DNA of 29,361 nucleotides from an uncultured Candidatus Peribacteria bacterium (GTDB lineage Bacteria; Patescibacteriota; Gracilibacteria; Absconditabacterales; Absconditicoccaceae). The notes under the pieces were generated by a model. The model ran no database searches and was not told the origin of the DNA. It saw only the letters and a list, made by a program, of their open reading frames with translations. Shown here one piece after another: positions 22,540 through 29,361 of the stretch (its first letter is position 1; each line of letters starts with the position of its first letter). The DNA lies in the NCBI GenBank assembly GCA_964637175.1, contig CAZWTC010000002.1:1-29361 (forward strand). Reading direction: 5' to 3'. Made by a program: the position numbers and the translations under genes.

Positions 22540-22995
22540 CTAGTCTACTGATGTTTCTGTATTTTCATTTATTTCTCCTTTTTCTCCTTTTTCTCCTTTC
22601 AATCCTCTTTCTAAGATAAGCATCGCGCTGACGGTGTCTTCAGCGGCGTTTTTTTTGAAATTCGAGGTGATTTCGCCGGATTGGACGCTGGTGTAATCCT
22701 CCTCTACCAGCTGGATCTCTATCTCTCTGTTTTCTATGATATAATTGAGGCTTTTCATGAATGCTTGGATTTTTTCTTGGATATCTTTCTGTTTGCTGGG
22801 TCGCCCGAGCATGATTTTTCCGACATTGTGTTTTTCTATGATGCCGGCGATATTGAAATACATCATCTGATCGTTGAGGATATAGCCGATAGGAAAAATG
22901 ACATCGCTGCCGGGAAGCGCGTATGCGAGTCAGATATATCTTGTCCCTCGATCGATACCGAGGATGCTTTTCTGCTTACGGAAGTTGGTCTGCAT
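22540..22995 (-). CDS. ruvX: RuvX/YqgF pre-16S rRNA nuclease
   Basis: 'ILGIDWGTRYIGLAYA', 'VEEDYTS' and 'EDTVSAMLILE'. Confidence 0.9.
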
Positions 22996-23044
22996 AATTT
23001 TTAACTAAGAGATTTAAAAAATATTTTTTATTTTAATTTTTTTT

Positions 23045-23159
23045 AACAACCTCCTCTTCGTTTCTCCTCCTATCGGAGGAGTTTCTAGTATATCGCACTC
23101 CTCTCTGTTAGGAGAGGTGGGGTGAGGTTGTTTGCTAAAAAACTGAAGAGGAGGTTGTT
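23045..23159. repeat. REP-like nested palindromic element
   Basis: Perfect 15-bp terminal inverted repeat AACAACCTCCTCTTC / GAAGAGGAGGTTGTT with internal hairpins. Confidence 0.75.
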
Positions 23160-23167
23160 TATGTTCA

Positions 23168-23770
23168 CTAGTTCATAGTCGGTTGAATCAGATATTCCGG
23201 CTGTACGGTCATGGTCAAGGGAATATGGAGATCTTTTAGCTGTATTTCGTGAGCAGTGCCTTGATAATGAAGATATAAGGTATTGTTCCCCATCGAAAAG
23301 GAAATCATCGCGTCGGTAGTCGGCCGGTACGGATCATGGACATAATCGAGGAATGGTTGGTCAGAATATATATTTTCTTCAAGGGTAAGCTGTTGATATG
23401 TCTGCTCTTGGAAATCATAGCGCCGGATATTATGTTTTTGTCCGATATAGAGAAGCCCGTATCTAGGGAGCCATCATTGCTTGTATGCGTAGGTATAGAG
23501 GGCGATTTTGGTGAGGGAAGCGATCGGGATAAACGTACCGGTGTCGTGGTCCAACAGCGTATTGAGCATATTGAGCGTCAAGGTCCCGACTCTGAGATTG
23601 GTGAATCCGCCCGGACCGTTCAGCAAAAAGATGCTTTCCACGGGATGGCTTTTGGTATAGTCCAAAAGTACTGGTCAAAGCGTATTTTCTATCCCATTAC
23701 GTTCCAGGAAATGCTCGTCCTGATCATCAAGCAGATGAACGAAATCGCTAGAGATATTGATAAAAAGCAT
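23168..23770 (-). CDS. tsaB: Divergent TsaB-like (t6A biosynthesis) protein
   Basis: 'LLNGPGGFTNLRVG' matches the TsaB motif GPGSFTGLRIG; C-terminal 'QPEYL'. Confidence 0.7.
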
Positions 23771-23989
23771 ACAAAACCGTTAAAAATAAATCTTATTCTG
23801 AATTTGAACCCATCTTATATATATATTTAGTAAATTTGCAAGTTAACTAGGCGAGAATCTATCCGTTTATTTGGTGTTTTGGATATTGGGGAATATAATT
23901 TTCTATAGAAACTAATAAGAGGAGCAGGGAGCAGGTTCCTGTAACTTGCAACCTGTAACTTGTAACATTTACTTATTTAGCAATGTAGT

Positions 23990-26389
23990 ATGAAGATATT
24001 CAAGTCCCGCATAGTAAAAAGAGTTCTCTGAGTCCTCGTAGTGATGTGATGTTCAGGGATTTTTCTGAATGGATATGTAGGCATGGGAGAACCTGTACAT
24101 GCTCAAGAGATAACAACCGTCAACAATACAGACACTGCCGGCTGATCTATGAGCACTATGGGACTCTGGCAAATTTTTGATATGATTCTCAAAATCATCT
24201 ATCTCCTACTTCGGCCGCTTTTGGTCGTAGCAGGACTAGCTTTGGACAATACGCTCGTCTACGCTTCCATATTTCATCTCGACGCTCCGCTATGGAAATT
24301 TTGGAATATGATGAAAAACTTCGCCAACTTCACCCTGTGATTCATGGTGCTTTTTGCGATCATAAAGAGCATCATCACCAATACCTGAGGATGATCCGAC
24401 AAAGACGAAAAATCACCGCTCGGCATCATCAAAAAAACTTTGATCGCCGGAGTGCTCATCCAAGCTAGCTGGTTTCTTGTAGCTGCGCTCGTGGACGTCT
24501 CTACGATAGCAACCTATGCCGTAGGAGGACTTCCGCTCAGTGTATTGAAAAATACGCCGATCGGCAATCAAAAAATATTATCCGTAAACAGCTCTATCAA
24601 TCTCAATAAATTCGATGTGCTCAATAAAAAATGAGAAAGCTTCAAAGTCCGATATTCCACTACATATAACGGAAAAGCGATCACCATGTCTCCGTGTAAA
24701 GTGGAAAAATCATATGTCATAGGAAGAGAATTCGGTGACGTCGAGTATAGGAATAGCGATAAATTCAAAGGTGATGCAAAATATGAATGATATGAAGTAT
24801 GCGTGCTTTTCGGCAATCAATTAGTGATGCGGAAAGAAGATGAGTTTATGGCAGAAATTGAAACCAAGACCAAAATCAGCAGTAATTATAAGGCATCTGC
24901 GGCTGGATATAAAACGACGATGGATGCATTGCTCAACTTCAACTGATGGGAAAATACCGAACGAGCTCAGAAATACGCTGTAAATATCAAATCCTGATCC
25001 ACACAAGCAGGATTTGTGCAATGAAAGAGTTTTTTCGATTCGACGACATCCATGACGATTTCTGATCTGATCAAAAAATCAAAATGATTCGTCGGGCCGC
25101 TGGTGACCATGTATTCTTCGCTCTTGAATTTTGCACAACTTACTGATACGAATATCACCACCGTAGGAGAAACCTCAGGAGTTTTCCTAATCAAAACCTG
25201 AGTCGCTATAGCGCTCTTTTTCCCGCTCATCGCCTTAGCGATCGTGCTGATTGCGAGAATAGGCGTCCTCCGACTCTATATCGTTGCTTCGCCGTTCATT
25301 ATACTCAAAGCAAGTTTTTCGAAATTTCTGGAAATGAAAGGTCTGGATGAATATCTAGATATCAAAAGCGTCATAGGCATTATCTTTGCTCCGGTGGTAA
25401 CGGTAGCAGCCTTGAGCATTTCGCTGATCTTTATGACCGCACTCGTCAATGGATTCAGTTCTTCAGGTTCCAATGAACAGATAAATCAAACGCTTGGCAT
25501 CGAAAAAATCCAAGCTATAGAGCCAGGAAACGATGCAGTCAATTTCCAAAATGTCGCACAGCTGGAATTTACTAAACTGCCTTGGTGAGAAGCTATGGAT
25601 CGATTTTCTCGGCTCATGATCAACTTTTTCGCTATAGGACTGATGCGGATGGTTTTCTTCGCAGCGATAAAAGCAAATAAGCTCGGAAAAGGAATCGGCG
25701 GGAAAGTCCAAGAATTCTGATCCAATGTCTTTAGAACGCTTCCTATCTTGCCGATCGGCGAAGGCGGTGCGGGAGTCGGTTTTGGCAGCGCTGCTAGAGA
25801 GATCAGCAGATTACCAGACACGTATATCAGTAATGTAACAGCAAATCAAAATGAGGAAGTGAAAAAACGGTTGGGAGAAGGAAATGAATGAGGTGGAGGT
25901 GGAAATGTGTTAACGTCCACTCAAGTATCTAATATCATTGCTTCTGCACCAGGCAGAACTGCAGAACAAATAACTGCTGCTGTAACAAAAGAGACATGAG
26001 TTTCCGCACAGAATGCTCCTGGAATAATAACAGGAAATGAAAAAATATTTTATGAACAAATAAGACCATTAGCTGAAGGTCCAGAGAAACAATCACGAAT
26101 AGAAGCAATAGGTAAGGCTGGCGGTAATATAGCTTGGTATGATAATATGTTAAAAGCGGAAGCAACTACGAATTTTGAAGCAATCGTAAAAATAGAATCA
26201 AAAGACGCTAGCGTACCTGAACTCACCAAGACAGTCAACGACTCCGTCAATAAGAAAGTTGTAGAAGACTTATTTGCTGCTAATCCTGCATGATATAGCA
26301 AAGAGATTGATGGTGTAAGATTCACTATAACTAAAAATACAGATCCAAAAGCAGCTAACAAATATGTAGTAGAAAGCAAAACAATGTAA
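23990..26389 (+). CDS. Multi-pass membrane protein, CPR VirB6/TrbL-like (paralogue 1, 799 aa)
   Basis: Continuous with TGA=Gly; 'LWKFWNMMKNFANF..TLIAGVLIQASWFLVAALVDVS' and 'ARIGVLWLYIVASPF'. Confidence 0.7.
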
Positions 26390-26417
26390 TTCTTTTTTAT
26401 ATCACCATGTGAAGTCT

Positions 26418-28343
26418 ATGAACATAAAGAAAATCATCAAAACCTTGTTTAATCAAACGACTATCAAAATCGTTGCATTGATTTTCATAATCTGATTTTT
26501 CTTCATTCATCCAACATTTGCAGCTGGTACAGAAACATCTAATGAAGTACTCAAAAATATCCAAAGCGGATTGAATAATTTCATTTCGCTCTGTTCGCGA
26601 TTGCGGGTAGTCCTTGCTATCCTTGCAGGAAAACTCATGACCAATGATTTCGTTTATGGCGGTTTTCTCCATATGGATATCTATCTCCGGAAGATCTGGA
26701 ACATCATGAAAAATTTTGCAAACTTCGCATTGGTCGCTCTTGTTCTCTGATCCATCATCAAAAGTCTCATCGGCAAAGAAGCTATGGACATCAAAAAAGT
26801 CATCACCAATACCTTGGTAGCAGGGATACTTATTCAGGCAAGCTGGTTTTTGATGTGAGCGGTCATTGATCTTTCTACGGTAGCCACGGCGGGCATCAGT
26901 GCTTTTCCTATCTCTTTTCTCAAAAATGATGCGGGACTAAAGAACGAAATACATGATGCAATAACGAAATTCAAATCCAAGAGATATTCCATCGACCTCA
27001 ACAACAACAAAATAAAAACCATAGATGTAGAATGAACCCAACCTAGTGAAGATGTCCGACAAAATATCCTACCAAGCTACAACTCTGTAAGCGGACCATT
27101 CGTCTATCTAGGCATGTGAGTATTCCATTTCCAAGATTATCTAGGTACTGAAAGCACCAGCGATGTCCAAACATTAACACTCTGATTCATTTTGAGATTT
27201 TTCTTGCTCTTCTTTTTTACGATCTGACTTTTGCTGCTGTTTATCGCAAACATCATGAGAATAGGTCTCTTGTGGATATTCATCATAGGCGCGCCTTTTC
27301 TTATTTTGATACAGCTCTTCAAGCTCAAAACCTGAGAATGATGAGGGATATTGAAGATATTCAGCTTATCTAATCTGATCGCTATCGTCTTTAAACCCGT
27401 CATCTTTGTAATCGGCATCTCGATGATGCTTATCGTCATCGTAAGCATGCAGCATGGTATGCTATCGTCCTGAGCCCAACGGGAAACCAATCTCAACGGC
27501 GTCACCTTATGAACAAGCGGAGATACCATTTCCACGCTCGCAGTCGATGGAGTAAGCAATATATCCGTAGATCAAACGGATATCTTATGATCGTGAGTCA
27601 TCGAAAAATGAAAAAACATATTCAGTGAAATTATCATGTTATTATTAACACTTTTTCTTATGCGACGATTCGTCAAGCTTTCCCTCACGTTAGGAGGATG
27701 ACCTATCGAAGAAACCATGAAAAAACTTACATGACGAGCTGAAGATATTGCGAAATCTACTCCTGTGCTGCCATTCAAATGAGGCGCTGCATCAGTGAGT
27801 GCTTTACAGACCTTTGGCAAGAGATGAAAATCCAAACTCGCTGAGGGACTCGGCATGAGTGAGAAATGAAGATTCACTGCTGCTGAACAAGAATTCGGGG
27901 CATATATCAATCAGAGATTCCTTGGAATAAAACCGTCATGGACGTCGAAAGATAGTGATGACCTCCAAAAAGTCATTGATAGTAATGGTGACTTCATCAA
28001 TGCATCTATACAACTAGGAGCAAAGAGAAATGAATGATTATACGCCAGCAATTCATATCGAAGACCTGTATTGGAATCATGGCTAGGAACCAGCGCATGA
28101 AAAAAAGTATTTAAAGATAAGGCAAGTCCTAATGAAACGACCGTTTTTGATCAATATTTCAAAGGAGAAAATAATCCTACAGCGATAAAAAACCGTATGC
28201 AGCTTCATATACTTATGTGATGAGATGATGCAGATAATTCATCAAGAAAACGGCTTGAGCTGAAAAATATCCCATACAATGACTTAGTGAATAATGTCTA
28301 CCACAAATCTTCAGAAACCTGAGCACAATCACCTACAGAATAA
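26418..28343 (+). CDS. Multi-pass membrane protein, CPR VirB6/TrbL-like (paralogue 2, 641 aa)
   Basis: Absent from the ORF track; 'LWKIWNIMKNFANF..TLVAGILIQASWFLMGAVIDLS' and 'MRIGLLWIFIIGAPF'; stop TAA 28341-28343. Confidence 0.7.
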
Positions 28344-28412
28344 TATATTTCTCCTTGAATCAGAACGATGTAAATCTATATTAAAAGTTGGACTCGACGG
28401 TCGATCAATTTT

Positions 28413-28550
28413 TGATAAATGTCCGCCTTGGCGAACGATAAACACGCTTCGCGTGATAAAAGCTTCGCGATAAAAATTGTTTATCACCATTTTATCGTTA
28501 ATTCACGAACATTTATCATTTCATCGCCCGAAGGGCTTTTATCATTTCAT
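28413..28550 (+). other. Structured intergenic element or leader with nested stems
   Basis: 28413-22 pairs with 28509-18, 28434-42 with 28491-99 and 28453-60 with 28480-87; plus a GCCC-GAA-GGGC hairpin. Confidence 0.5.
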
Positions 28551-28558
28551 TGCGTAGA

Positions 28559-29361
28559 ATGAAAAACTTTATAAGTTCGCTTATTCTCTGTAGCTTTTTG
28601 GTCGGAGGAGCTTTTGCGTACCAGCCTACAAGCCAAGATATCGATCAGATCAGACTCCTCAAAACCCAGTTTGATACTATCACCACAGGAAACATGAAAG
28701 ATAAGCGGGATTTTTATGCGCAGCTCAAAACGCTACAAGATCAATTCACCGGTCACGAGCAATTGAGCTATTATCTCAACGAATTATGAATCCATCTCTT
28801 GACTCAAGTGAACACGGAAAAGACTAAGGCCAAATCGCTTTCCAAAGCCTTCAAACAGGATTTTCTCAATCAGCGGAGCGGCGGTTTCAGCACGGACATA
28901 ACCGCAGCAGATACGTGTACATGACGATATAATACCATGGATACCATAAGCTACGCGAACAATTTTCCGACAGCTTTGACGGTTGCGACGCGATATAGAG
29001 AGACGAATTGCGGCTACTATCTGCCCAACAACGGCGACGGCCCTTTTCAGATCCTCAGCAAAGACTATGGAACGGGGCAAATCACGGAAACGCAATTTCT
29101 CCAAACTATCCAAGACTTCATCGACTTTTCCAAAGCGAAACATCTTCAATACAAAACAAAACTCTGAATCTCCCTCACGTACACCTGACGGGATCGGACC
29201 GGACTCGTCAACCACGCAGGACTCTATAATGGCGGAATCATTACGTGATGAATAGTCAAGCCCAGCAATCCTAAATATCTCTATGACGGATATGGACAGG
29301 AATATAGCTGAGCGATCAGATATGGCGTACTGCCAAAGTTTTTGAAGATATTGGACCGAGA
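28559..29361 (+). CDS. Secreted protein with a lysozyme/lytic-transglycosylase-like domain, 3'-partial
   Basis: Signal peptide ending 'GAFA', then 'ALTVATWYRETNCG..GDGPFQI' and 'AGLYNGG'; the frame is open to the window end. Confidence 0.6.

Noticed and set aside
1..29361. Mass pseudogenisation suggested by the fragmented ORFs
   Set aside because: All breaks examined are in-frame TGA at Gly positions, and no frameshifts were found.
1..29361. TGA=Trp (code 4) or selenocysteine
   Set aside because: TGA aligns with conserved Gly in RecA, GuaD, MurE and the internal repeats.

Overview
A chromosomal segment from a recoded Patescibacteria (CPR) bacterium, almost certainly Candidatus Absconditabacteria (SR1). 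The supplied ORF track is fragmented because it uses the standard code. The sequence shows TGA=Gly (code 25) and also CGA/CGG=Trp. Read that way, the window holds 23 uninterrupted CDSs, two of them cut by the window edges: a modular surface protein (propeller repeats, Ig-like domains, SLH-like tail), a CHAP amidase, recA, a four-helix-bundle gene, a LexA-like repressor, an NlpC/P60 hydrolase, a 1636-aa membrane-associated protein, sufS, guaD, an FtsQ-like protein, a DUF212 protein, rsmE, murE, a DUF58 protein, ruvX, a tsaB-like gene, two tandem VirB6-like membrane paralogues, an SLT/lysozyme-like secreted protein and several AT-rich orphans. Non-coding highlights are a dispersed family of 7-8-nt tandem arrays (some self-complementary, some in frame inside genes, one pair bracketing the four-helix-bundle gene), a hairpin-rich element bounded by 20-bp direct repeats, and candidate LexA operators. 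All calls come from manual translation and motif recognition; no searches were run.
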